Assembly: GCA_002633005.1 (NCBI GenBank)
Contig: NMRA01000028.1
Span: 1,616,177 to 1,680,176, forward strand
Direction of reading: 5' to 3'
Length of the DNA stretch: 64,000 nt
From: Phoronis australis
Lineage: Eukaryota > Animalia > Phoronida
Under the pieces are notes generated by a model. The model was given only the letters and a program-made list of their open reading frames with translations. It was not told the DNA's origin and did no database searches. The position numbers and the translations under genes are program-made. Positions 11,367 to 23,417 of this stretch are shown here, piece after piece. The stretch's first letter is position 1. Every line of letters begins with the position of its first letter.

Positions 11367-13051
11367 AGGAGCATGCCACCCAAAAAACAACCTAATTTGT
11401 ATCAATTTAGATCGAGTAGTTCCACTCCATAACGGCACGTACGGTTGCGTTACCTGACACCTGACGGCAGACTTAGGTGTTGAAATTATCCAATGACGTA
11501 ATTGGTTTCACACGCAGTCTGTTCAGCAGTTCACAACACGGGTTACTGGTGTCAGCTTATTGCTTGAATTCATCGTTGAACACCAATAAATCATCAAACT
11601 TTGATGTGAAACCCTTAAAAATAAACCGAGTTCTTATAAAAACGTTTTGTTTTATTTTGCTGTGACGGATTTATTGGTGTTTGGACACACCGTAGCCTTC
11701 AAAGTTCGGCAGTCCAATAAGGTCCGTAGCACTAGGAGTTTGGGGTCTGTTCGGAGATAAATTCGAGGTATTTTTCCGTGAGATACAGACAGGAGAACCT
11801 AGATCTGTGTTGTTTCGACTTGTGATTTTTTTGAGTTCTAAATACACAAAATGCTTGTTATCCTGGCCAGTGGCTCGGAGCCCAATCAGGCCCTTCGCGG
11901 CCGGCGGGACTGACTCGTTATCCCCGCCAGTGGCTCGGAAGCTGATCAGACATCACGAACATAAACCATCCAAAGTTGGAAACTAAACTTCCAGTCAAGA
12001 AAATGCTATACTAGTGAGCCAAAGAAGGAAATTGCACGTGATTATGTTGGTGAATTAGCCACGAAACTGCAAATCTACTTACTCGTCGGGGGCCGCGAAT
12101 TCAGGTTCCGCTTTGACCAAAGAACCGTCAGGGCAGAAGTTGTACATTGACAATCACTATGTGAATAATGTAAATGTAAATAAAGATTCCCCTAACACCC
12201 GTGGGATAGAAATCGAGTTGTTTCACAACTGTTTCAGTCGGCAAACATTGAATTAGCATGAGCTCACACGGCCTCGGTGTCCCGTCAATTAGTTTTATTG
12301 CACCTAAAGCCGGTAACGCTGTGATTTATTCATTGCTGGCTTCTCAAATCATTTGCACTCACGAACACTCCAAAGACATTACAAATTGCACCTAATGAGA
12401 CAGACTTTGTTTCAGTTTTATATAAGTATTGGTAAGGGTGAGAATAATTCATTTTGAAATGGAAAGCTCAAACGCCAACACGGATGGCAGCTGACTCGCA
12501 ATCCCGACTTAGACGAGAGCTCATCCCAACGAAGACTTCGCTGGCGGATCATTAAGTTTCGCAGGCTATCAGTTCGGACAGGAATACAGTGACGAAGAAA
12601 TACTAGAGAGGCGCCGTGAACAAGCTCAGATAACGTAACGTATGGATAGTTATTTGCTAAGCTGGCATTCTTCAGACTCACTGTCGACGACTGCTGGCCA
12701 CAGACACGGATATGTTTCACGGCCTCACACTTGCTATTTACAGCATACTTTTCATTCTTCACTACCACGAGCCACTTCCTAAGCATTCCGGACTCTCGAG
12801 GAAGTCGAAAAAACGACGATATACCCGCTTTCCTCGCAGCTGCATAGTTTGGACAAGCGGGAACGATGCACCGCAACATAGCGGCATTAACTCTTCAAGT
12901 GAACCACTGATGTCGCTGCGTCGTTTCTCACCTTCCTCACAGGTTAACGCGACACCTCTCGGCAAGGTAAGGTTGACCGTATGCGAGGCGATGTGGATAT
13001 AGACCGATTAAGATGGCAAAAAAGACTAATTAAATGGGGTGGCATTCTCCT
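11367..13051 (-). mobile_element. Kolobok-type element A with THAP-domain relic
   Basis: TTAA at 11363-11366 and 13052-13055; TIR AGGAGCATGCCACCC / AGGAGAATGCCACCC (14/15); ORF 12418..12879 begins RCIVPACPN...FFRLP...KW...RVC. Confidence 0.85.
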
Positions 13052-13115
13052 TTAAAACCACATCAATGTCATTCAAATGTCAACTTTATCGCAGTTTGAT
13101 TTTCTGTTTGTTTAG

Positions 13116-13280
13116 GTTGTTGCCAGAGAGACTCGAACATCCAGTCGCAGTTCTTCAACTGCTAAGGTGAACATTTTCATTGAGAATCTGAATGACAATG
13201 ATCCTAAGTTTGAAAGTTCCTATGAATTTAACATCACAGAAAAAGCACAGCTTGGAACACTGATCTCCAACAGTATCAGG
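13116..13280 (+). CDS. Cadherin exon 7 (VVARET...NLNDNDPKF...SIR)
   Basis: NDNDP motif, phase 0-0. Confidence 0.92.
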
Positions 13281-15146
13281 GTATGTAATATAAAAATGTT
13301 CAGCTAATCAGACAAAATTTCACTTTCTTGTCATGAGGCTGTCATGGGTGATGATATCTTGTCAATCCAACCACTCTGACAGTGGAGACTGGGTTGGACT
13401 CTGGAGACTTAAGGATCTCTTGAGAACGCTAGACGGCATGAAGTATCACTATGAATTGCAAGTGAAGCATGTGACAACACTAGCTTTGTTCATGAGATTC
13501 TTGCATCTGCAGAACAAAGCCTCTGTTGTAGTCAGCTGTCATGGCAACTGACTGCAGGTGGAAATTCCATGTGTGGTCAGTTGCCATGACAGCCAATTCT
13601 AAATGATTTTGTTAAATTATCTTTTGCTGTCCACTATATTACAACTTGAGATGTTTAGTGCAGCCGAGACAGTTGTATATGTGCTTATTGTCAGTATTGT
13701 TATTTCATTAGCGCAGTTTCAGTTTAAGCCTACAGTTTCTGCAGTCTCATGTTTGCTTGCATAAAACATGTAAAATGGGAGAGCATGGAATCAGCTTCCT
13801 ATGACAACAAACCAAATTAAGACATTAACATAGTAATTTATTGCAATCTAGTAGCATTATTGTCTACAACACAATGGTTGAAATAATGAAGTTTGTATTC
13901 AATATTCCTCGGCATGTGCAGACTCTCATAACAACCAGTCCAGCTAAAAAAGTTGGGTTACTTTACATGTTGCATTTGCGGCAACTATGCAAAACGATGC
14001 GCATGAATGTCACACCTGAGTTACAACATTGAGATATGTTCAAGTTATGCACTCAATACATCTAGACACGAGATATGGATTGTCTGAACTGACACAATAC
14101 TACAAAACTTATTAGATCGTGCGCATATTACATTAACATATGATTACATTTAAGTTGTGGACTCAATTAAGGTACGTATTTTCTAGAATGACCGAGTTTT
14201 CAGTGTTTTATCAAAATTTTGGTTTCAAGTGACATTGAAGGTTAATGTTTCAACACTTAACCAATGCATCACTTTCATAAATTGCTATTTTCACTCCACA
14301 TGCATCTGAGTACAATAGTATCCCGGAGAGTTTACTGAAAATAAAATCAGACACCTATGGAGTAAATATTTCAGAAATGGAAATGTTTGAACATCGCGAC
14401 TTCCTTTTTCACAAATTACTGTATTCCCTATGTTTTTTCTAAAGAATTAACTTTGGTGTCAAAATACTTACCAAAAGTCTACTTTTGTATCATTAATGAA
14501 CAACAAAATATAAAACTTATGATCATATATTTCATAAGCTATTGTGCAATGAGAATGTTATTATTCAGAGATGTGTCGCCTCAGACACACTGTCATGATT
14601 TGTAGCTATGTTGAGCTAGGGGTGCTGGAAATTGCGGTCAACTGTGGTGATCCGTAGCAAAACCAGCAGTAACTGTGATATGTGATGAGTCATAATGCAT
14701 CACGGTTCACTACAGTGGTTTTAAACTGTTGAAAGTACGGCTGGTCACTGCAGCTCCACCCTACTGCGGGGCACTGCAGCTCCACCATGGACTATGCTTT
14801 CTGTAGCCATGCTCAACATTTTTACCGTAGAAACGCCCTGGAACCTGTATATCATAATGATTCGTAGGCAAGCAAGAGTGAGCGTGACAAATGTCAACAT
14901 AATTAAGTGTATCTTAATGAGTTTGAAGTCTTAAAAATGGTTATGGTGTCCTGTTTTCCCGCCTAAGCATTTCGTCTTTTATGGTGGTTTTAGAACTGTG
15001 TTAACCGGGAAGACACAGCACTGCAAGGAGTATTGTGAGTGGGACTAAGGCATTAATCTTGCTAAACATGGTACAAGTTTACTGAATAAGACAACATTTG
15101 ATGTCATTGTCATTGCAATTTTGTGTTTTGTTTTATCTAATTTCAG

Positions 15147-15214
15147 GCATCGGATGAAGACAAAGGGGACTTTGGGGTGATAAAGTATTCCATAAAGGGT
15201 TCATCTGCAGACCT
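15147..15214 (+). CDS. Cadherin exon 8 (ASDEDKGDFGVIKYSIKGSSAD)
   Basis: AxDxD motif, phase 0-2. Confidence 0.9.
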
Positions 15215-15358
15215 GTAAGTGTGTATGTTATTGTGTCACCCTAAAGCTACTGTCGTGACTAACTGTAAGACACCATCAGTTATTTAACTCAGTTTTTGGC
15301 CACAATAATATTAAAAACCGGACGATCGCCACACAAATAAAAAAGTTCATGTTCAATT

Positions 15359-15394
15359 CAACATTTCGTCTTTTCATTAGACATCTTCAGGCTC
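15359..15394 (-). other. Penelope-like, hammerhead-ribozyme-like core (degenerate)
   Basis: - strand CTGAAGA-T-GTCT-AATGAAA-AGAC-GAAA-TGTTG. Confidence 0.45.
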
Positions 15395-15926
15395 ATATTT
15401 ACAACAATTCAGGACAACAAGTGCCAACATACAGCTCAGGTAACATCCATAGAGCGAAGTGAGAGATACATAGAATATAGTCAGTAGCTGGTCATCACCA
15501 TAGTTGCAGGGTCACTTAGCTCTACATAAGTTATTGCCTGCCGTAACTTGAAGTTACCGTAAAGCGTTCTTCACTAGAATTTATGATTATCGCAAATGAC
15601 AAACTTGAAGCAACTTTAGGTGACCTTAATGGGCGGCGCACCATAGGGGGCTGGGGGGGGCTATTAATCCCCCATTTTTTTCAGTGCTACGCCGCACATG
15701 GTCTACAGCCGCTACACCACTTTCTTCATAATTTTCAAATATCAGTGTGAAAAATCCGCATTTAGGTAACACGACAATTTATTAATTCCCAAATAATCAT
15801 TTAAAAATGAAATTAAATGCATTGTTTCCAAAGATAATATAAAATTATGTACTTTTACTTTCACCTAAGTTAGTATTTTTCAGCCAAGTGTCCCAGGTGG
15901 GTCGCCTGTACATAACGCATACAATG

Positions 15927-16100
15927 CTATATAATTTGTTTGTCAGAATAGCCAATGCATGTCTTTGTGAATAAACTAAACATTAGTAGCCTTAAGAGGC
16001 TATAACTATTACTATATAATTTGTTTGTCAGAATAGCCAATGCATGTCTTTGTGAATAAACTAAACATTAGTAGCCTTAAGAGGCTATAACTATTACTAT
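15927..16100. repeat. 85-bp direct tandem duplication
   Basis: Two identical copies starting at 15927 and 16012. Confidence 0.95.
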
Positions 16101-16579
16101 GTATTTTTGAATTAGATGTGAACACGTTATCTTGTAAAAAAGATAAATGGCATTATGTGATTTACGAACAACTAAAGGAAATTTTTGGTGAAAATTGTCT
16201 TTAAAATGGATAATACGTTAAAGCCGTAATAGGTAACGATGTCACAATCACTAAGTTTGATAATGAATAAAACTTGCCAGGTGTCATAGCGGCATGACTG
16301 ACTGACATTGTACATTCACATGCGGAATATCATGCAGAGCCATAGAAATAAAGCTCTATTGGCAAAAATGACATTTGTATAGTTATTACATGCTTTCAAG
16401 AAGAAACAGCTAATTTGTGTGAGGTACCAGGCTTGTCAGTTCTAATGGAATTCAAATGCCGCAAGACAACAAAACTCTATACATAAAGGTGTTAAGAGAA
16501 CCAGAATTATCCTTGCATGTGCTACCTCGTCAGCGAGCCGTTTCCCCCAGTTGCATTTGCGCCTAAGCTCCTCACTTAA

Positions 16580-17540
16580 AGTGTACACAACATGACTCTA
16601 GTACCTCAAAATAAATTTTATTATTATATCTTACTTGATTTCAGTGCCTTTAGTGCACAGCTCATAAAGAAACACGTAAAAATTGAAAAGAATAATAATT
16701 ATGTACAACGTCATGGGTTGAACCCAAGCCGCTCGGCACACTGTTCGGATCAGCAACTAAGTGTATAGAGTGAAGTGAAAGTAAAGTATATTTAGCGTCA
16801 AGAAGATTCGTAGAGGGATGAAAAGATGTGTTTGCGGAGGCTGCAGCAACAGCAGTCAGACGGAGAACGTCTCGGTGTTCCGAAGGACGCCAAAGTTGCA
16901 CAGCAGTGGCATCGCTTCGTGCGCCGAACGAGGGTGTGGGACCTCAGCGTGGACCAAGCGATTCTGTCTGGGGCCACTCTGTGTTCTGCCCACTTTGAGG
17001 TGTCGTGTTTCGACTCCAATCAGAGGAGGTGTTACGATGAAGGCCTGGTTCAATAAAGGACAATATTTACTATTCAGAAACATCGGCTCTTTATTCAGGA
17101 TTGTGTGTTGGGTGACTGGGTTGACTGGCCGAGCGCGAGGCCGCTTCTCTCGCGGGAGGATCCAGTTTGTAAGGCCTCAAAGTAGAAAAGTACGCAGCTG
17201 AAAACATATCAAACTCGTTCTCGCTTTCGTGCAACCCCATTTCGTCAACCTGGCCACCATTCTCGTACGTTTCTTCATAGTATTTGTTCATTTCTTGCTC
17301 ATAATCGTTGCTTTCAAATTCCCTACTCTCCGCCGTTGTTCAATGCTAGTCGCTGATCTCTTGTGTTCAACCCATGATGTCACATGGCGGGAAATGTGAA
17401 AATTGGCAAAATTGAAAGAGAAATCAAAATTTAGAGCTAATTACACAAAATAATCATGGATTTGGCTAAATTTTACGTCATACATTTAGTCGGTGGCCAC
17501 CGGTAATTCGAAATGTGCAAAAATCCATGGTGTGTACTGT
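16580..17540. mobile_element. Kolobok-type element B, internally deleted, with convergent THAP and second-gene relics
   Basis: TTAA at 16576-16579 and 17541-17544; imperfect TIR (12/16); + strand MKRCVCGGCSN / PKDAKVAQQW...LCSAHF; - strand acidic ORF with LRPYKLDP. Confidence 0.75.
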
Positions 17541-17682
17541 TTAAGCGCTAATTCACAATTAGGAGCTTGGGCTCAGTTGCTGGGAGTTACGTTACTGTAA
17601 CGCAGTTGATCCAAGAAATTCTTAGAAAATCCCAATTTTGTTCTGATGTGAGTGCATGAGTCTGAAAATGCTTGTACATGCT

Positions 17683-17892
17683 AATGAAGTAATAATAACA
17701 ATAACAATAACACTACAATAATTATATAAATAGTATTAACAATTATACTACTGATTAAATAAAAGTCTGTGACAAAAGCAGTGGTAATACAAATGAAAGT
17801 GATGATGATGATATTAATGATAATAGTTGTAATAATAATAATAACCAATAATAATAATCGTAATAGTGGCAAACTCAACAATATTATTAACA
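17683..17892. repeat. Degenerate (AAT)n low-complexity tract
   Basis: AAT/AAC/GAT triplet-rich sequence. Confidence 0.85.
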
Positions 17893-18752
17893 TTTCCTAT
17901 AAACTATAACAAATTCATCAAATAGTAATTGTACATCACGACTTACACTTCAGATATAAGCGGTGCTAAGGTGAGCTTGAGGCCACCACGGAATTTTGTT
18001 AATTTATATGGTAGTCCTAAGAAAGCCTTAGCAAAATAAAAAAGTGAAATTGCGATTTTAATCACCCAAATGTAAGCCTGTCAAATAATAAGGGAAGCTG
18101 CCTTTTTTGTCATATTGCGTCACAGTGAGATCCCAGCACAAACAGGCCAGTAATAGTTGTATTGAATGGGGCTTTGAATAGAACATCATTGGGTGCATGT
18201 ATTATTTGCAGCTGTTTGAATTAAAATGTGTTTCTCGCGGTGACATTGATGAAAGTAAGCCAATACGCCTAACAGTTCATTACATTTGGCAATTTATGGA
18301 ACTAGTGTGCTCAGGCGTATGCTCTTAACATACTGTAGGAACCAAATTTACAAGTGTTGCCATTCAAGATAGGCTTTAAGGTGGCTTTGAGTTAGTCACC
18401 TCTGATCTATATGTCTGAGATGAGCAGTGGAGTTTAAAGGATATCATGTATTGGCATGTTGTCCTCATGGTTCAGTTTTATCTGAGATCTGAAAGATAAA
18501 ACATTTGCTGATTTCTTAATGTCGCTCACTTTATGGCCATTTTTGTGTGGTTGAGCTGTTGCGAGGCATGTGTCAGAACGTTATTCAGAAGACATGTCCA
18601 AGATATTGAATCAAGTTAATGAATTGCAGACACCATGGTGTGTTTAAGGAAACATTGAAATGCTATACTTCTTTTGTCAAATTTCAGTGTCCTTAACTCA
18701 TAACTGAATTGTTTGGTTGGTCTTTGTAACTGATGTGACTTGTTTCCTTCAG

Positions 18753-18987
18753 ATTTCGTATAAATAACTCAACTGGAGCCTTATACACTAACGCAGAGTT
18801 TGATGCCGAGAAGATAAATATCTATTACATCAATATACAAGCACTCGATGGTGGTGGGTCACGTGGCTTCACTTCAGTGTCCATAAAGATACTGGATGAG
18901 AACGATGAGGCACCTAAATTTAGACGAAACCAATACAAGGGAGCAATTGCTGAAACAGACACGGACAGATTTGTTCTTCAGGTTGAG
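18753..18987 (+). CDS. Cadherin exon 9 (FRINNSTG...ALDGGG...DENDEAPKF...QVE)
   Basis: Cadherin motifs, phase 2-0. Confidence 0.92.
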
Positions 18988-20936
18988 GTATGCTTGCTAA
19001 ACGAGTATCTTGAAATGGGTTGTTTGTTTTTATAGTGGCTGTCCCTGTTTTAGTGGGCTGTCTTATATTATGGGTGTTTTAAGAAGGTCCTGCTTTACAA
19101 TTGTTCAATAACAAATGGGAGACTTTCAGAAAACAATGATGATGAGGAGATGGTGAATCTTGATGCCACCTGGAAGATACTTCTTTGCTCTTGGTTGCAT
19201 GGAGGTACACGCTTGACTTTGTAGAAGGTCTGTTATACTGTGTAGTAACCGTGACAGATGTAATCCGTTTTTCGGTCATCATGGCCAGTTTTGCCAGTAA
19301 TACCTACTGGTCACAAAATTCTAGTTGAAGAGTATTTTAGCTTACTTACCTCTTAATTCCTCTTCTCCGCATTCGCAGAAGGCTACTTTGAAGATGAATA
19401 CAGCTTCTGCCCAGCTGTCATGTTGGCGGAATTCTGGGTCATTTAGTTTGAAAACCTTTGCAGCGTTCTGTGTTCAATTAGACATGTTGTGTTTAAACGT
19501 CAGCAAAGTTGCCGTCTCGTTCTGTCGCGGCCAGCATTATCCAGTCCCACATTGTCTGCCGTTGTATTGTTACTTGGAACCTTTACCTTTTCTGTGATAC
19601 TTGCCCTGTTGATTTTAAACTTTGCAGCTACAAACCTGCTTTCTGCCAAATACCTTGCCTTTTATTAATGCTAAAAATAAGCTAAACAAGTGGCCTTGAC
19701 CTGACGAGTTAATGTATGCGCCAAGCATGGTTATGTGTCATACGTTTCTCAGCTCTTATCAAGCTCAGAAATGGCATCAAATTCACAACTAGTTTATTTA
19801 TAACCATAAGAGACTCAAATAAAAATAATTATCTTTTATGTCAAAAGGCTAGTTTATATCCCTTTAAGAGCACATACTTTGCAACTGCACAAACTATCGT
19901 ATCTCTTAATTTGCGACAGAGCTTTGAAGCACAAAATGCCTTGCTTTGAAAAACAACATGCAAGGACGACTTTAAGTTGCTTTAGTAAACACAGTACTTA
20001 CCTTATGATATCATTAACAAATAATTATTTGCATTCAGTGACTCATCAATATCACAATGTCTACCAACCTCATCAGTGTGGGTCTCGACACTGTTATCTT
20101 TTGCCGTGATTATCTTCTGCACTGTTGTCATTGTCGAATTACAGAGAATGGATTCCCATTGACACGGTGACATTCTGTGACGAAGTTGCCTAAAATTCTG
20201 TGGCATTTTGTGACATTTTGAGAATGAATTGTGTGACAAAATTTGAGCCAAGTAATTAGTTTTTAGTGTTTTGTTGTGTTTACAGTTATTTCATGCTGCA
20301 TCAAGTGGAGGTTCTCAAACTATAAAATTGTGGAATTAATTGTTATCAGTGTGAAATATTGTGTCTCAAATACCTGCCAAAAGCAAAGTTGATTTGACTT
20401 ATACATGCAAAAAGCACCAAAAAATGTTTTATAATTGAGAGCTTCGACAAATTGTGACTTCTCTTTGAAACTGCGTACAATTTTATTCTCAGAGTTTCAT
20501 CACTGCCCACTTCTTGGGGTGGGGTACCATCTGACTCCCGTACTCTGAAGACTTGTTCAAAACCATATCTGCACCCATTTGCTTATTGGTTCTATTGTTG
20601 TGGTTTGTGCTTGGAAGTTCTGCACAAACTTTTGTAATTTATATTTTACAACAGTATGTGCAATCCTCAAATCACAAATTTTCTAAACAAAAAATTATTG
20701 TTGTTTATACTTCGAAGATCTTCAGAAAATGTTGAAATTTGAGGAGTGCGATAGTCTGTACAGCTACAAAAGTTTGTGATCTTTTAAAGACCTTTAAAGT
20801 GCTTGGGTCTTTTTTGTTGTATGTATTAGTTTATTTTATTTTAACAATAGGTATATTGTATTGACTATGCTCACCATTTAAGCAATATTAAATGAGAATT
20901 CTGGAATTTTGGAATGTTATGCTTTTTTGTTTTTAG

Positions 20937-21173
20937 GCAACCGACGGAGATGCAACAAAAGAAAATTCTGGCATTAATTACACTGTAAACCAAGGAGCAT
21001 TCTCTGACCACTTCAATGTCACTGCAGCTGGCAATATCTTTGTCATCAAACCCATCGACCGAGAAAATGATACTTTAGCCGAGTTAGATGGGGTCATCAC
21101 TCTGGTTATTACTGCTCATGATACTGGTCGTCCCAGTCTGAAGAGCAGCGTAAATGTATCTATCAGAGTTCAG
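20937..21173 (+). CDS. Cadherin exon 10 (ATDGD...IDRE...AHDTGRPSL...RVQ)
   Basis: Cadherin motifs, phase 0-0. Confidence 0.92.
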
Positions 21174-22485
21174 GTAACCAAACTCATTCTCTACACTGTT
21201 ATGTTATACTTTTGGAAATGTAACTTTTTGCCTGCCAAAAATGTGTGTGTTTAGACCCAGGATTCTCTTTTTTGTACAATCTTTTGTACATGCACATGCT
21301 TCAGGCAGCATTTTTGTCAGTCATTCATTCAGTCTGAGTATTTGTCTTTTTAGAGTTAGATAACCTTGATTCATCCTTCATTCATGTGCTATCTCAAGTT
21401 TTTGTATTTAATTTAGTTTTTGTATTAGGGACTAAGCTTAAATGCGCATATCTTGAGCTGATTGTTTTCCATTTTTTTGTTTATTTTTGATAGTTTTCAT
21501 TAAATAGCTAATTCCCATACACCTTAACATTTGTCATATTGTAAGAATTGCTTAACATTTGAAAATTTTCTTCTTCGGCTCTACTCGAGTGTACCTTATA
21601 AGCATTCATGCCCCTAGTTGTGGATATAGTACCTGATTGACACGCAGGTTCCATGACGCAAATTTGCGTGGATGTGATGAATGTGGTGTATGTAGCCATT
21701 AGAATGGTGGGATTCTGAAAGAGCCCTTGAAAAGTTGTGCAAAACGCAAATGATAGTTTAGAAAACACACTCTTATTGACATTTCACCTTGGTGATGTGT
21801 GTCTTAAGGAATTTGGACATGTTCTTACCTATCGCTTTTGGTAATATTCACTTATAAAACATGGGATAGGTCACATACACTATACAGCATTAAATTTGTA
21901 TTTCCTGTTTTCGTGAATTAATGCTTTTACTGGGTTTTATTAATTTTTTAGATAATATGCCTGGGTAAATAAAGCTTCCCAAAATGTCTACAAAACTATA
22001 AAATTTTAGCATTTTGGAGAACAGGACACTAAACACAGAATCTGAAAGCCATTTCTCAATATGGTGTTCCGAAGTTTGCCAATTTTGAACTTTTTCGTAG
22101 AGACCTGAATAACCTGAACAGTAACACTTTTACGTAACTGAAAAGACCTGATGCTGCAGTAAAGCTCCAAAGGTTCACATTGCTGAAGGCTGACATCTAG
22201 CGGCAAAAGAAGAAAATTGATGCTTAGGTGAAAGATTTTTGAATACGGGCTTGCTGTGTTCATCCCAGTCAATAGATTTAATTTGTACGTCATGCTAAGC
22301 GTGGTGCTTATGCTTGGGTATAGTGTACTCTGGGTTGGGTTGGAAAAATTAGTGCTAAATTGGATGAGTGTACGTAGTATTCATTAGAGGAAGCTGGTGA
22401 TGGACACCCACTTCTAGTTATCAATAGTTATGGCAGGTCCAAAATGATGAAGAAAGTGAAACTTATCTAATGATTCTCATTTCAG

Positions 22486-22558
22486 GATGAAAATGACAAT
22501 GCACCCGTTTTTAACAAGCATGTGTATAGTGCATCATTCTATGAGAACAGAACAGAAG
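22486..22558 (+). CDS. Cadherin exon 11 (DENDNAPVF...ENRTE)
   Basis: DxNDN motif, phase 0-1. Confidence 0.92.
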
Positions 22559-22841
22559 GTAATTTGTATGGAGTCAACGTTCTTCAACAGCTTTTTTGCT
22601 AATAATAGGATTGGACTTCAGATACCTGCCTACCTTCATTTCGAACATTCACCTTTTTGAGATATTTTTTAGATATTAAATTTTAACCCACGAAACTATT
22701 TTTAGTATCCTTTGTTGTGGCAGAAATTTCTTATCTGCCCAAGCACATATTGTGGAGTAAGGCAGCAGCCTGATGAGTGTCAATAGTTTGTGAAAGATTT
22801 GGCTTTTTCCACCTTGTATTAACAAACTGTTTTCTGTTCAG

Positions 22842-23417
22842 GTTTTGTTGTGCATGTTAATGCCAGTGATGGTGATGCCAGTGGCAGCAACAAAGAGTTG
22901 ATTTACCGTATCTCCAGCCCGTGTAGTGACATGTTTACCATTGATGATAATCAAAACATAGCAATTATCAAAAATAGCAAGTTTGACTATGAAAAGAAGC
23001 CTGTGTACAAATGCCTTGTTAAAGTGTATGACAAGGGAGTGCCTCAGCTGGAGGGTAACTGCACTGTAGTAATCAGGCTGTTGGATGTGAATGACGAAAA
23101 GCCAACATTTAACAAGACCAGCTATTCCACCCGTGTTCAGGAAAATGCCACAACTGGTAGCTTGGTGTTTAAATTTACTGCTACTGACCCTGATACGGAC
23201 AGTCAACTTGAGTATGAGCTTGTGAAAGGCGAGACATCCGCTGTGGCCAACCCTGTAGGTGTCCCGTTGACTGACGTTTACAAATCGTGGTTTGACATTA
23301 ACCCCTTGACCGGAGAGCTGTCGGTGAATAATACGCTGGATAGGGAGATGGTGAAAAGTGTCACACTTACTGTACGGGTCACAGACTCTAAAACACCCGA
23401 GACTCAAACAGCAACTG
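22842..23417 (+). CDS. Cadherin exon 12 (about two repeats)
   Basis: ORF 22850..23476; FDYE, DVNDEKP, LDRE; phase 1-1. Confidence 0.95.

Noticed and set aside
12418-12879. Host THAP-domain gene
   Set aside because: Sits inside TIRs and a TTAA duplication and lacks the final His in frame; treated as a transposon relic.
17681-17893. Hydrophobic Leu/Ile-rich ORF resembling a membrane protein
   Set aside because: Translation of an (AAT)n low-complexity tract.
22770-22800. CTGATGAG...GAAA hammerhead-like string (also CTGATGAG at 40858)
   Set aside because: No convincing stem II at 22770, and no GAAA after the stem at 40858.
22838-23407. 189-aa minus-strand ORF (also 27824..28039, 30702..30956, 35185..35553, 38374..38610)
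   Set aside because: Antisense shadows of cadherin exons with no recognisable protein features.
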